A DNA stretch of 64,000 bases from Minisyncoccota bacterium. GTDB taxonomy: Bacteria > Patescibacteriota > Microgenomatia > PFEM01 > JAFGMK01. Below are positions 1 to 10,055 of the stretch, piece after piece. Every line of letters begins with the position of its first letter. Position 1 is the first letter of the stretch. The position numbers and the translations under genes are program-made. The stretch spans positions 13,119 to 77,118 of the forward strand of contig JAFGMK010000018.1 in the NCBI GenBank assembly GCA_016927565.1, read 5' to 3'. A model generated the notes under the pieces. The model worked only from the letters and a program-made list of their open reading frames with translations, was not told the DNA's origin and did not search any database.

Positions 1-571
1 GCTCAAGCTTAGTCGGCGGCTCTATTTTGACAATCAATCTGACCGAATCTGTCAGAACCCTAATCTTGTCCTTATCAAGGCTTAAATCTTCCACCTTAAT
101 CATATCTCCAACCTCAGCCAGCACGGTAGTATCAACCTCAATTTTTTCAGGTAAATCGGTCGGTAAAGCCTCAACCTCAAGTTCATCCAAAAGCCTGACC
201 AAAATTCCGCTTTTCTGCTCGGCCGCCGGCGATTCACCGATGAGCTCAATCGGAATTTCTGCTTTCACCTTTTCTGACAAATTCACCTGATGGAAATCAG
301 CATGAATTGCCTGATCAGTAACCGGATCAAATTGAACATTATGAATTAAAACCGGCCGGGAATTTTTTTCTTTGGCCAAAGACAAATCCACTATCCCCGT
401 TTCGCCCACTTCCCGATAAACCGGCATAAACTGCCTCACCTCAAGCTGAACTGCCTGCGATTTGACTTTTTTACCATAGATATTAGCAGGCAGAATCCCC
501 TGCTCACGAAGTTTCTTGACCTTCCGCCCAAAAATTTCCCTTTTTTCAACAACAAGCTTAACCTTTGCCAT
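1..571 (-). CDS. rplY: 50S ribosomal protein L25 / general stress protein Ctc, 3'-truncated by the window edge
   Basis: Reverse-complement translation from the ATG at 571 gives MAKVKLVVEKREIFGRKVKKLREQGILPANIYGKK...HADFHQVNLSEKVKAEIPIELIGES...EVD, which matches the Ctc-type L25 pattern. The frame stays open to position 1, so the gene is absent from the ORF track. Confidence 0.7.
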   Translation of the reverse strand, partial: MAKVKLVVEKREIFGRKVKKLREQGILPANIYGKKVKSQAVQLEVRQFMPVYREVGETGIVDLSLAKEKNSRPVLIHNVQFDPVTDQAIHADFHQVNLSEKVKAEIPIELIGESPAAEQKSGILVRLLDELEVEALPTDLPEKIEVDTTVLAEVGDMIKVEDLSLDKDKIRVLTDSVRLIVKIEPPTKLE

Positions 572-624
572 GATGGTTTGCTATTGTAACCAAAAAAACC
601 CTCCCCGTCAACCGCAATCCCGGA

Positions 625-771
625 GACTGTTGAATAATGTCTTGATCCATTGTTATTCTGATCCCGCCCCGTCATTCAGAGGCCGAAGACCGAAGAATCC
701 CTTCGGGTTCAAGCCGGGGATCCTTCGTTTTACTCAGGATAACGGTGAGAAAATTTTTATTCAGCAGCCTC
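625..771 (+). repeat. Structured intergenic element, family copy A
   Basis: The closing stem is GUUAUUCUGA/UCAGGAUAAC. Relative to copy C, the third base pair is U-A instead of C-G, which is a compensatory change. Confidence 0.6.
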
Positions 772-784
772 ATCTTAAAAGCTT

Positions 785-3718
785 TCAGAGTCTGACCCTG
801 GTCTGTAAAACAAGGTCTTTATTAAAAATGTCTTCAAACCAAAGACTCCGGTCAATTGCCGCCGGCGTCGGATTAGCTGATAGGAAAGAAGCTCCCGGCG
901 GCAATTCAATATTGACTTTCAAATGACTCGGATGACTGCCTGACTGGCGTTGGAGAAAAAGAAGATAATCGACTTCCTTTCCCTGTTCTGCTTGAAAAGG
1001 AGGCCGGTAAACCACCTCCAGCCTTAATTCTTTTCCCGGAGGAACAACTACTAAAAAACCGAAGTAAGCTTTTCCTGCAGAAATACCCCGGTCGATTTCA
1101 TTTTCGGAAAGAATTTTTTCCCCAACCTTAACCTGATCCAATTCGGAACCAAGGGGAAAATAAAGCCGCAGATAATTTTTATAATCACCTCCGAAGGGGC
1201 TTGATTTCGAGCTGTTATTAAGATAACCAATTTTTAGAATGTTTTTAAAAGTCCTTTCCTGGTCAATAATTACTCTCAAGCCCAAGCTTCGCTTCAAGTA
1301 ATAGTTAACCTTATTTACACCCAAATTAGCCTCGACAATCATCAGATAATCCTTGAGGCAGTCAACAGCTTCATCCAAGCAGTTTAAAGTCCGGAGGGAA
1401 CCTTCCCAAGATAAATTATTAATCGTCGTCATTAAATGAGGATCCTCTAAATAAATCATCAGGTCCTTCTCTTCAAGAGATGAATAAACTGCCTCCAGAA
1501 TAGCCAGCGACTTTCCCGGGCCGCTCTCTTTAATTCTTTCGAGCAAAGCCTTAGCTAAGTTGCCCAGAAAATCTTTTTTTTGGGTTGAACCGGGAAAAAA
1601 ATTATCCTGACTGTAACTTTGGGCTTTTTCAAATAAGTTCTCGGCCTTAACTTCCTCTCTAAAATCGATCAACCGCAGCGGTCCGGTTTTTTCCAGAATT
1701 TTTTGAGGTAATCCGAGATTGATGGCAATAACTCCGTCTGCCTTTTTGTTAAGAGCCTTTTGCAGAAACCACAAAGCTCTGTGGGCTGAAGTGGGAAAAT
1801 TAGGATCCCAATTAGAATCGCGTAGATACCAGCCTCCTTCTCCCAAATACTCTTTAATCGGCGGCGGCGGTTCAATATGACCCTTTATCTGACCGTCAGC
1901 ACTATAGACATCGCTCACTTCAAAAGCGACTAGCCGCCCCTTTTTAAAACTTGCCTGAGCGAATGAACCGATAAAACCACCGGTCGGCCGAAGCTCCATA
2001 TTATTCTGAAACAAAACCAAATAATTTTTTTCTCCTTCCCAACCGACTAAATCAGGCAGAATCTTTAAAAACGAATCTGCCTCTGAAAGCCCTTTCCTTA
2101 ATCGGGGCAAATTAGTTTTAAGACTGACAACCAAAGGAGAAAGATTAAAAAATTCATTTTGAAGAATCCCCAAGTCATTAAGTTGAAGACTGGCTTCAAG
2201 AAACGAAGTTTCCCGCCAGACAGTTTGGGTAATCAACCTTAATTCAGCTGACAACTCGTCCAGATTTCCCGGGCCGCCGTTTAACACCATTTGGCTTAAT
2301 TCTTCTCCTTTAGCCATTGCCAAAACTAAGTCGTTGCCGATTTTAGCCCCGCTTTTAATCGTTGAAACCATTGATAATAATTTCTGGGCCTTTTCCGGCT
2401 GGCCCAGAAAAAACAAAACTTCAGCGATTTGATTTAATCCCTGGTTGGCCTTTTCAAAATTTTTCAAGGAACGGACAATTTTATTTTCAAAACCGGCCAT
2501 CTCTTCCTCCCCTAAGGCCCGATAGGCTTTTTTCAATTCTGCGGCTCCTGACCAGATGCGGAAAAAGGGTAGGGAAAAAGGCAACGCCATTGCAAAAATT
2601 AAAAAAACAAAAACCAATACAAAAAACCCTATTTTTAATCTTGGTCTTGGCTTGCTTGTGTTTGGCCTGGTTTCAGCCTGAATAAATTTTGTTTGGGCCG
2701 GCGGACATGGTTGAATCGGCAAAGAGGGCTCTAATGGCCGTTCTGTCACCAACCGCGTCTTACCCTCAATTGGCTTCATTGAAAAAAAACGGCCGGTTCG
2801 TTCTAAACCTTCATCAATCCCTATTTTTGCCCGCCAACCGGGCAGTAATTGATTTTCACCTGCCAAAAGGCGAAAATCGGCCAAGTCTTTTTTGGCCGGA
2901 ACAAACTTAACCGGCAGCTTTTGACCGCTTAGATTTTTAATTTTCTGAGCCAGATCAACAAGCTTGATTTTTTCCGGGCCCCAAAGTGAGAAAATTTCTC
3001 CCTTTGTTTGACTGACAAACATTGCTTTGATCAGGCCGAACACCACATCAGAAATAAAAGCCGGACAAATTATTTGCTCACCGTCACCCGGAATTTCAAG
3101 AGGTAAACCCTGGACGAAACTTTTTAAAAAAAGGGCCATTCCTCTGGCTGAAGCCAAGTTCATCCGCGGCCCGTACACCCAGCCCAAACGAACTATCCGG
3201 ATATTCAAGCCCTGCTTAAAATAAGCCAAAGCCATTTCTTCAGCAAAACGCTTGGCTTCATCATGTAAGGCCAAAATCTTTTTTTCGCGCCTTTGATTTT
3301 TTGATCGGGAAAGCAAAAAAAGATTAAAATCGTCCAATGATGAACCGAGCAGAAATTTAGCCTGATGCTGTCGGGCATATTCCAAAAGATTTTTAGTCCC
3401 CTGAGAATTAACCACAAGATGTTTTAAGGGATAAGCCTGATTTCCTTCCATCCCCGCCAGATGAAAAACGTAGTCAGCTCTCTCCACCTTTTCCAGTGGC
3501 CGATTAAGATCAAACTCCTGAAAAGAAAAATCCGGCTGGGTAAAACACGCTTTGAGATTAATCCGACTGCCGCTTGACAGATTATCCAGCGCCAATACAC
3601 GGCAACCCTGAAGCAGTAAGCTTTGGCAGACAAACGAACCGATAAACCCGGCTCCGCCGGCAACCAGGGCAGTCGGCTTATAGACTAAAGCAGGTGGCAA
3701 CTGATCATTACTTGTCAT
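785..3718 (-). CDS. Fusion protein: N-terminal NAD-dependent sugar epimerase/dehydratase, one TM helix, and a roughly 600-aa extracytoplasmic domain (DUF4012-like by memory)
   Basis: The N-terminus has a Rossmann motif LVAGGAGFIGS and reads like an epimerase for about 330 aa. A hydrophobic helix IGFFVLVFVFLIFAMALPF follows, then a long soluble C-terminal region containing GGFIGS..GWYLRDSNWDPNFP. Confidence 0.55.
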   Translation of the reverse strand: MTSNDQLPPALVYKPTALVAGGAGFIGSFVCQSLLLQGCRVLALDNLSSGSRINLKACFTQPDFSFQEFDLNRPLEKVERADYVFHLAGMEGNQAYPLKHLVVNSQGTKNLLEYARQHQAKFLLGSSLDDFNLFLLSRSKNQRREKKILALHDEAKRFAEEMALAYFKQGLNIRIVRLGWVYGPRMNLASARGMALFLKSFVQGLPLEIPGDGEQIICPAFISDVVFGLIKAMFVSQTKGEIFSLWGPEKIKLVDLAQKIKNLSGQKLPVKFVPAKKDLADFRLLAGENQLLPGWRAKIGIDEGLERTGRFFSMKPIEGKTRLVTERPLEPSLPIQPCPPAQTKFIQAETRPNTSKPRPRLKIGFFVLVFVFLIFAMALPFSLPFFRIWSGAAELKKAYRALGEEEMAGFENKIVRSLKNFEKANQGLNQIAEVLFFLGQPEKAQKLLSMVSTIKSGAKIGNDLVLAMAKGEELSQMVLNGGPGNLDELSAELRLITQTVWRETSFLEASLQLNDLGILQNEFFNLSPLVVSLKTNLPRLRKGLSEADSFLKILPDLVGWEGEKNYLVLFQNNMELRPTGGFIGSFAQASFKKGRLVAFEVSDVYSADGQIKGHIEPPPPIKEYLGEGGWYLRDSNWDPNFPTSAHRALWFLQKALNKKADGVIAINLGLPQKILEKTGPLRLIDFREEVKAENLFEKAQSYSQDNFFPGSTQKKDFLGNLAKALLERIKESGPGKSLAILEAVYSSLEEKDLMIYLEDPHLMTTINNLSWEGSLRTLNCLDEAVDCLKDYLMIVEANLGVNKVNYYLKRSLGLRVIIDQERTFKNILKIGYLNNSSKSSPFGGDYKNYLRLYFPLGSELDQVKVGEKILSENEIDRGISAGKAYFGFLVVVPPGKELRLEVVYRPPFQAEQGKEVDYLLFLQRQSGSHPSHLKVNIELPPGASFLSANPTPAAIDRSLWFEDIFNKDLVLQTRVRL

Positions 3719-3944
3719 TGGGCAGAGAAATCCGGATCAGGCCGTTATCAACAACCCGACACCGAAACAGCAATTTCCTTTTATTCATCATACCTAAACT
3801 CTTCAGTTCTTTCAAGGAAATAACAAGGTTTGACAAATTGTTCATCACCGAGAAATCCTGGACAATACCCAAAACCCGGCCAGACAAAACCTCAAACAAA
3901 AAATGAGAAAAAAGGGGGGAAATATCCTTACATTTTGGTTTTTT

Positions 3945-4385
3945 TCAAACAAGGGCGGTGAGATTTTTTTTGATGATTTGATTAACCAGAGCGTCGGCTT
4001 CTTTATTTTTTTCCCGGGGAACATGTTGATAAAAAACTGCCCCTTCAATTTCATTTTCCAATTGTCTGACCGTAATAATCAACTCTCTTAAACCCGAGTT
4101 TTTTATCTTATAAAGACCGTTCAGCTGATTAACCACCAACATTGAATCCAGATGAAATCTAATTTCCGATAGTTCCCCTATCCGATTGGTTTTAAACCAT
4201 TTTAAAGCCTCGACTACTGCCCGGTATTCAGCTACGTTATTAGTAGCCCGTCCAATGAACCTGGCTCCCTTAGCCAGAACATGGCCCGAATAATCATAAA
4301 CAACAAATCCAACTCCGGCAGGCCCCGGGTTTCCCCGCGCCCCACCATCGCAATAAACTGAATAATTCACTCTTTTTTTATCCAC
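3945..4385 (-). CDS. rnhA: Ribonuclease HI
   Basis: VYCDGGARGNPGPAGVGFVV...NNVAEYRAVVEAL...REKNKEADALV is a classic RNase H type 1 signature. Confidence 0.85.
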   Translation of the reverse strand: MDKKRVNYSVYCDGGARGNPGPAGVGFVVYDYSGHVLAKGARFIGRATNNVAEYRAVVEALKWFKTNRIGELSEIRFHLDSMLVVNQLNGLYKIKNSGLRELIITVRQLENEIEGAVFYQHVPREKNKEADALVNQIIKKNLTALV

Positions 4386-4397
4386 TTGTGCCCTTTT

Positions 4398-5714
4398 TCA
4401 AAACAGCCTTTCTTTTCGTCCGATTAATTGCCTGATAGTTTTGGGAAAGGAAAAAAATTTCAAATCAAAATCAGTCGCCCTTCTCAAATATGAAAATGTT
4501 AAAACAAATATTAATCCCTCTGTCAAGACGCTGACTCCGGCGGCACCCGAATAAGAAAAGCGGGGAATAAACAAAAAATTCAAGATAATATTTAAAAAAA
4601 GAGCTATCAAAGAAAATCTTAAATGGATTCTTTGTTTGCCCAAAGCAGCTAAAGAATAGCCGCTTAAATGATTAAGATAGGCAAAACCCGTCGTTAGAAT
4701 CAAAATCCGCAAAATCGTCAACGATTCCCCGAATTCTTCACCCCCAAGGATTCTGATTATCAGAGGCGCGAAAATTAAAACACCGGCCACCACTATCAAA
4801 GCCATGACAATCAATAAATCAAGCGCCCTCTGAATCAAGTTTTTTAAATCCGGGTGTTTGGCCGGAGAATTAGCCAAATTAACAATCACCGGGAAAAAAG
4901 CACCCATTAAATAGGCCGCCCCTAAAACCAGATTGTCGTGAACTTTATAAGCCAAAAGATAAAGACCGGTAACGGTTTCGCCTTTTAAGAACTGAAGAAT
5001 AAAGGTATCGGCCCGGCTGTAAACAGAATAAACGGTTAACAATGCCCCCATCGGCAATGATTCTTTCAGCAGATAAAGCAGTAATTCTTTATTCAGCCGG
5101 AAGTCAACTTTGATTGTTTTCAAAACCACAATTATTGCTCCGCCAGCCGACAAAGCCGAAGTAACTATCAAAGCAAAAATTGCCTGGCCCAAAACAATTT
5201 CCTGCCAAAAAAGGAGAAAAATTAAAAACAAGATTGAGGCCAACAACTCTATTAGGGCTGTCCAGTAAAGCTTCAGACGGGCGTGAAAAACAATCTGAGC
5301 CGAAGTTTTAACAGATAAGAATAAAATGATTAGAGCCGCTGATAAGGCCTGGTCTCTAAATCCCGCCAAAGACGGATTAAACCAAATAAAAAAAATAAAA
5401 AAAATTATTCCCAGAAAAGCCATCAGCGTCCTTAGAAAAAGAGAGTTGGCAAATATCTTGCCCGTCTCCTCAGGCTTTTTAGCAGCTTCCCTCACTGCAA
5501 TCAGATTTGTTCCCCAGTCAGCGAAAGAAAAAAAAATTACTACTGCTGTATTAATCACCCCAAAAGCGCCATAACCTCCCTGGCCCAAACGACGGGTCAA
5601 CATTGCCGTCGTGAAGAGAGAAATTAAAATCACTCCAATCCGGCCAATTACTTGGATTAGAGTATTGAAAGCGATTTTCTTTGAAAGTTCCACTAAAACA
5701 AACTTAAAGATCAA
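4398..5714 (-). CDS. Polytopic membrane protein, polysaccharide flippase-like (MOP/Wzx superfamily)
   Basis: The 438-aa product has roughly 12-14 predicted TM helices and lies next to the epimerase fusion and the O-antigen ligase-like gene. Confidence 0.45.
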   Translation of the reverse strand: MIFKFVLVELSKKIAFNTLIQVIGRIGVILISLFTTAMLTRRLGQGGYGAFGVINTAVVIFFSFADWGTNLIAVREAAKKPEETGKIFANSLFLRTLMAFLGIIFFIFFIWFNPSLAGFRDQALSAALIILFLSVKTSAQIVFHARLKLYWTALIELLASILFLIFLLFWQEIVLGQAIFALIVTSALSAGGAIIVVLKTIKVDFRLNKELLLYLLKESLPMGALLTVYSVYSRADTFILQFLKGETVTGLYLLAYKVHDNLVLGAAYLMGAFFPVIVNLANSPAKHPDLKNLIQRALDLLIVMALIVVAGVLIFAPLIIRILGGEEFGESLTILRILILTTGFAYLNHLSGYSLAALGKQRIHLRFSLIALFLNIILNFLFIPRFSYSGAAGVSVLTEGLIFVLTFSYLRRATDFDLKFFSFPKTIRQLIGRKERLF

Positions 5715-5749
5715 TAAGGAATGGCCGGAATTATTTTAGCACAGTTTAC

Positions 5750-6979
5750 TCAGGCACGTCTTTGCCAGACAAGTCCCAAAACCAAAGCAAAGACAAGCTG
5801 GCCCTGCTGGAGTGTCAACCAGTAATGATCAAATAAGCCGGTAAATAAAATTGCCAGCAAGGAAATTAAAACTCTTTTTTCCTTAACAATTTTGGCTAAA
5901 CTCCGCCAGAGAAAAAAACAACTCCCCAAAAGTCCCGCCAAGCCGGTTTCGGCACCAATTAAAAAATAAAGATTATGAACCGGTTGCCAAAACCGGCCTA
6001 TCTCCCGGGCCTGCCAAAAATCCGGCAGGTGAACCAGAAAATTACCTAAACCGACTCCGATAATCGGATTTCTTTTAATCATCAAAACAGCCGCTTCGGA
6101 TAAAGCCAGCCGTCTTAAAATTGATAAACGGGCCGGGAAAAAAAATAAGAGGGAACCGGCCAGCAGTAAAAAAATCAGTACCGGCCCGGCTTTGGAAAAT
6201 TTTTTTGATAAAAAAAAGGATCCTGCAATTGCTCCGGCCAGCCAGACAGGCCGGGAAAAACAGAAAAACAAAACCGGCCCGGCTATAAAAAACAGCAGCC
6301 AGGACCGGCAATTTTTTTTCCGGTTCCAAGCGAGAATTAAACTCACCAACAAAAAGCCGGCTAAAACATTCGGATGGGGAAAGACACCATAAGGCCGGAG
6401 ATAAACTTTATTTCCCAAATAAGCCCTGGCAATCCCGGGAGTGCCAAGAGTAAAAGTCCTTTCCCCCAGCCACCAGAAAATCCCGTTTAAAGAGCTTTGT
6501 TTAAAAAGCTGGCCAAAGGCAATCAGACAATTATAAATAATTGTTATCGGCAGAATCCGGCAGATTGTTTTTTGGGTTTCCTGATTTCTGGCAACATAAA
6601 GAGCAAACAAAAAAAACTCAACCGATTTCGATAACTTATAAAAAGCCAATCCCCGGCTTTTAGCCCAAAAACTATTTAGGATTAAAAAAATTCCCGATAG
6701 TAAAATAAGGTTTAAGTGTTTTAACTCCCGGATGCCGGCTCTCTGTCTGCGACCCGCCGCCCATTGTGTTTCCAGCACCCAGCTAAGCAGCGTTGCCAGC
6801 ACCAGAAAATCAGTCAGGTAGACAGTTGGTGACAAGTAATCAACCCGCAATCCCCACAAAAGGGAAAATTCGGGCCAGAAGTGTTTCCCCAGTTGAAGCG
6901 GTAAAAAAAGAATCAGAAGCTTAAAAAAAAAGCGGTGGAGGTTTGTTAAAAAATTTTTAAAAACTGAATCCCAAGTCAT
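5750..6979 (-). CDS. O-antigen ligase/polymerase-like membrane protein (Wzy_C-like)
   Basis: The 409-aa product is a multi-TM protein with a central loop GNKVYLRPYGVFPHPNVLAGF. Its locus context supports the call. Confidence 0.4.
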   Translation of the reverse strand: MTWDSVFKNFLTNLHRFFFKLLILFLPLQLGKHFWPEFSLLWGLRVDYLSPTVYLTDFLVLATLLSWVLETQWAAGRRQRAGIRELKHLNLILLSGIFLILNSFWAKSRGLAFYKLSKSVEFFLFALYVARNQETQKTICRILPITIIYNCLIAFGQLFKQSSLNGIFWWLGERTFTLGTPGIARAYLGNKVYLRPYGVFPHPNVLAGFLLVSLILAWNRKKNCRSWLLFFIAGPVLFFCFSRPVWLAGAIAGSFFLSKKFSKAGPVLIFLLLAGSLLFFFPARLSILRRLALSEAAVLMIKRNPIIGVGLGNFLVHLPDFWQAREIGRFWQPVHNLYFLIGAETGLAGLLGSCFFLWRSLAKIVKEKRVLISLLAILFTGLFDHYWLTLQQGQLVFALVLGLVWQRRA

Positions 6980-7035
6980 AGCCCAACCGCCCCGCCTGAG
7001 TGAAGTTATGATTGCTTCAATTAGGCTGTCTGTGA

Positions 7036-7515
7036 TCAGCCAGTTAAATCTTCCCTTCTTTCCGCCGGTTTAACCATTATCCGCCTGCCTCTTCCTTCCC
7101 CTTCTGACTCAGCAATAATTCCTTCTTCCCGGGCTAAAACAAGATGAACAATCCGACGTTCAAAAGCCGGTAAAGGCGGCAGAGCCAAAACCCGGCCTGA
7201 AGTTTTTACCCGACGGGCCGCGGAAAGAGCCATATTCTCTAAAACCCTCTCCCGGTTTTCCCGATAACCGCCCACTTCAACCATCAAAGAAGGCCAATGG
7301 CTGGTTTTTTGATAGACGATCATTTTCAACAGATGTTGAAAAGAGTTCAGATTTTCTCCATGATAGCCAATCAACACCCCCGATTCCCGATCTTTCAAAA
7401 CAACTTCCAGTTTCTGGCGATCTTTAGACAAGTTGATTTCGGCTTCAAGTCCCAGCTTAGCCAAAATATCTTCGGCTGTTTTTATAACCACCTGATCTGT
7501 TTCTGATAAAGTCAT
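7036..7515 (-). CDS. khpB: RNA-binding protein KhpB/Jag (KH + R3H)
   Basis: The C-terminal R3H-like segment RRIVHLVLAREEGIIAESEGEG sits immediately downstream of yidC, the conserved jag position. Confidence 0.75.
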   Translation of the reverse strand: MTLSETDQVVIKTAEDILAKLGLEAEINLSKDRQKLEVVLKDRESGVLIGYHGENLNSFQHLLKMIVYQKTSHWPSLMVEVGGYRENRERVLENMALSAARRVKTSGRVLALPPLPAFERRIVHLVLAREEGIIAESEGEGRGRRIMVKPAERREDLTG

Positions 7516-8309
7516 TTTTTCAAACGGCTCTCTTTCTTAGTTTTTTTAATTAATAACTGCTGGCCAAGACTTGCCAACGAAAAGACTAACATATAAATTA
7601 CCAATCCCGAAGGAAAAGCAAGGCCAAAAAAGATTGTCATAAAAGGCAGGATATAAACCATCTGTTTTTGGGTTGCCGCAGCAACATCGTCAATTTCTCC
7701 CGGAGTTTCAGAAGCAATCTGCTTAGTTTTCTTTAAAGACGGCAGCATTTTCTTAGAAGAAATGAATTGAATTAAAACTGCCGTAATTAAAAAAAGGCCC
7801 GGCAGTTTAACCTTTCCCAGATTAAATACGTCAGGCTTAGTCAGATCAAGATATAAGAAACGGGTGTTGAGTTGAGTTCCCGGAACCAACTTCAAAGCCG
7901 GATAAAGAACTTCGTTCAACTTAGCAACGATATCGCCATTTCCCCTAAGGATAGTGTTAAAAGCCCGAAAAAAAGCCACCAAAACCAGAAGTTGGATTAT
8001 CTGAGGCAAACACCCGGCCGCGGGGTTAATCCCCTGCTGTTGATAAAGCTGCATCTGGGCCTTGGCAAAAGATTGTTTGTCATCTTTGTATTTTTTCTTC
8101 AGCTTGTTGATTTCTGGCGCAATCTCTTTTAAACGATCGGCTGTTTTTAAAGAAGGCAAAGTTAAAGGCAAAAGGGCCAGACGCAGCAAGCCGGTCATCG
8201 CAATTACTGCCCAGCCTAAATTATCAAACATCTGATAAAAAAAAATCAGACTATTGAGAAGCGGTTGATATAAGAGTGTCTGCCACATGTTGCTAGGCTT
8301 AAAAGGCAA
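7512..8309 (-). CDS. yidC: Membrane protein insertase YidC
   Basis: GWAVIAMTGLLRLALLPLT...KEIAPEINKLKKKYKDDKQ...QQGINPAAGCLPQIIQLLV is the YidC/Oxa1 core. Confidence 0.9.
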   Translation of the reverse strand: MPFKPSNMWQTLLYQPLLNSLIFFYQMFDNLGWAVIAMTGLLRLALLPLTLPSLKTADRLKEIAPEINKLKKKYKDDKQSFAKAQMQLYQQQGINPAAGCLPQIIQLLVLVAFFRAFNTILRGNGDIVAKLNEVLYPALKLVPGTQLNTRFLYLDLTKPDVFNLGKVKLPGLFLITAVLIQFISSKKMLPSLKKTKQIASETPGEIDDVAAATQKQMVYILPFMTIFFGLAFPSGLVIYMLVFSLASLGQQLLIKKTKKESRLKK

Positions 8310-8325
8310 AGCGCATAACTAAGAA

Positions 8326-8547
8326 CTAATTATTAAAATCAGGCACCGGGTCAATTCCTCCTTTAGTCCAGGGATGGCAACGGATAATTCTTGTAAAACC
8401 CATCCAGACTCCCTGTAATATACCATATTTTGAAATTGCCTGATAAGCATATTCCGAACAAGTCGGTTGAAAACGGCAAGCAGAGTGGGAAAGAAAAAAA
8501 GGCAAACGCTGATAAAACCGGATTAGCCTGAGAAAAAATTTTTTCAT
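8326..8547 (-). CDS. yidD: Membrane protein insertion efficiency factor YidD
   Basis: RFYQRLPFFLSHSACRFQPTCSEYAYQAISKYG...GFTRIIRCHPW is the YidD signature. Confidence 0.9.
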   Translation of the reverse strand: MKKFFLRLIRFYQRLPFFLSHSACRFQPTCSEYAYQAISKYGILQGVWMGFTRIIRCHPWTKGGIDPVPDFNN

Positions 8548-8596
8548 TCTTGATTTGAGAGCATTTATGATCCGGGATCGGAGATTGATCCCTAGT

Positions 8597-8938
8597 TTAT
8601 TTTAAAAATCCCGCTTTTTTTAAGATCGCAGCTACCGCAATTTTAATCTCTTCAGACCGCCGACCGACAGTTTCTTTTTTAACTAGGAACAAGCCCAATT
8701 TGCCGTCCTTAATCTTGTCAATTTTCAGCCGAATGACCTCTCTTAATTTTCTCTTGATCTTATTCCTTTCAACCGCCTTTTTGGCTGTTTTAAGAGAAAC
8801 GATAAAAGCAAATCGGGAAGGCCGGGAATCATCAAGATCATAAACCAGCAAACCAAAAAGAGGGCCGGAGATTAGTCTTCCTTCTTCACGAGCAAGAACG
8901 ATTTCGGCTGGATTGGCGCGGTTTTTACGAGAGAGCAA
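8597..8938 (-). CDS. rnpA: RNase P protein component
   Basis: [16 protein letters not shown] matches the RnpA basic motif, and the gene sits between rpmH and yidD. Confidence 0.85.
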   Translation of the reverse strand: MLSRKNRANPAEIVLAREEGRLISGPLFGLLVYDLDDSRPSRFAFIVSLKTAKKAVERNKIKRKLREVIRLKIDKIKDGKLGLFLVKKETVGRRSEEIKIAVAAILKKAGFLK

Positions 8939-9065
8939 TTCTTTTTCTTTTTTTTAAAGTCCGCCGTTTTAAAACCTTTTGTCCGTCCCTGGTTTTTTTC
9001 CGAGCCCGATAGCCGTAGGTTCTTTTTCTTTTGATCTTGCTGGGGGAATAAGTTCGCTTGGTCAT
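8925..9065 (-). CDS. rpmH: 50S ribosomal protein L34
   Basis: Reverse-complement translation gives [46 protein letters not shown] (46 aa), the L34 signature. It is below the ORF-track size cutoff. Confidence 0.85.
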   Translation of the reverse strand: MTKRTYSPSKIKRKRTYGYRARKKTRDGQKVLKRRTLKKRKRIALS

Positions 9066-9148
9066 TTGCCTGGTTATCAGTTATTAAAGGTTAATTCTGC
9101 GATTTATTATAGTTTTTTTCAACTTCAAAAACAAGCGAAATTAATTTG

Positions 9149-9988
9149 CTAGTCTTCCTGCCACTGCAGACTAACTATTCTGAGTCCCGTTTCAGTTATA
9201 AACTTATCGACATGCGCGGTTTTAGAATCTGCCGCTAAATCCTGATAAGTTTCTTCAGCCCGAGCAATATCGTTTAGACTAAAATCACTTACTCTAGTTT
9301 TCAACAAATCTCTATTATAGGTAATCACCCATCTTCTCTCTCGACCGTCCCCGGCAGGTTCTAGCAAATTTCTTCCAGACATAGCCTGTCCGGCAACAAT
9401 CAGCTCTCCATAGTCCGGAAGATCAATTTCCGGCGCTCCGTCGGTTCCTAAACTTACAACCTCCACTGTAAAACCACTCGTAGGATCAGCCAAAACCGTA
9501 GCCCGCCTCTCGGCTTGTTCTTCCGCCGGCGTTCCCTTTTTCTCCTTTGGTCTTTTACTCGCCCTGATAGCAAGAGAGGGAAAAGTTGCCTCTGCCTCAA
9601 TCCGACCCCGGCCATCATCAACGGGCACCCACCGGTAAACAAGATTTCCACCGTAAGATCCACTAAGGATTTGTCTGGCTGTGGCAATCCCCGCCCCTCC
9701 AGGTCCTGAACAAACAACTCGATCTTTTCTTTTTTTTTGAGAAGCCGGCTTTGGATCATTCAGATTTCTTAACATTGCCTCTTTCTCAGAAACAGGATAG
9801 GTTTTATCATCCCTGACAGTCATTTTCCTTCTCCAGGGATCAATTCTAACATCCACAAAACCAGCTGCCTGCTCCTCGCAATTTTTCACCAGCTCATTAA
9901 GAACTGAAGCTATTGGGGTATGTTTTCCCGAAAGACCATACTTGTCTTTAATCCGGATTTCCGACGGGCAACCTACAGCTTCAGACAT
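9149..9988 (-). CDS. Hypothetical protein with no recognisable domain, inserted between rpmH and dnaA
   Basis: The 279-aa ORF has no overlapping alternative and no TM segment. Confidence 0.4.
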   Translation of the reverse strand: MSEAVGCPSEIRIKDKYGLSGKHTPIASVLNELVKNCEEQAAGFVDVRIDPWRRKMTVRDDKTYPVSEKEAMLRNLNDPKPASQKKRKDRVVCSGPGGAGIATARQILSGSYGGNLVYRWVPVDDGRGRIEAEATFPSLAIRASKRPKEKKGTPAEEQAERRATVLADPTSGFTVEVVSLGTDGAPEIDLPDYGELIVAGQAMSGRNLLEPAGDGRERRWVITYNRDLLKTRVSDFSLNDIARAEETYQDLAADSKTAHVDKFITETGLRIVSLQWQED

Positions 9989-10055
9989 ACTGATTTTGAT
10001 TAATCATTTTTTTCTTTAAATTATTTTAGCCAAAAAAAACCGGATTAGCAAACTT

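Noticed and set aside
625-771. Hammerhead or other small self-cleaving ribozyme in the structured repeat
   Set aside because: The hammerhead core CUGAUGA...GAAA...GUC is absent from all three copies (CUGAUCC and CUGACCC are found instead).
436-926. ORF-track entries 436-675 (minus) and 516-926 (plus)
   Set aside because: They overlap the rplY 5' end and the structured repeat element. Their translations are basic and low-complexity with no start context.
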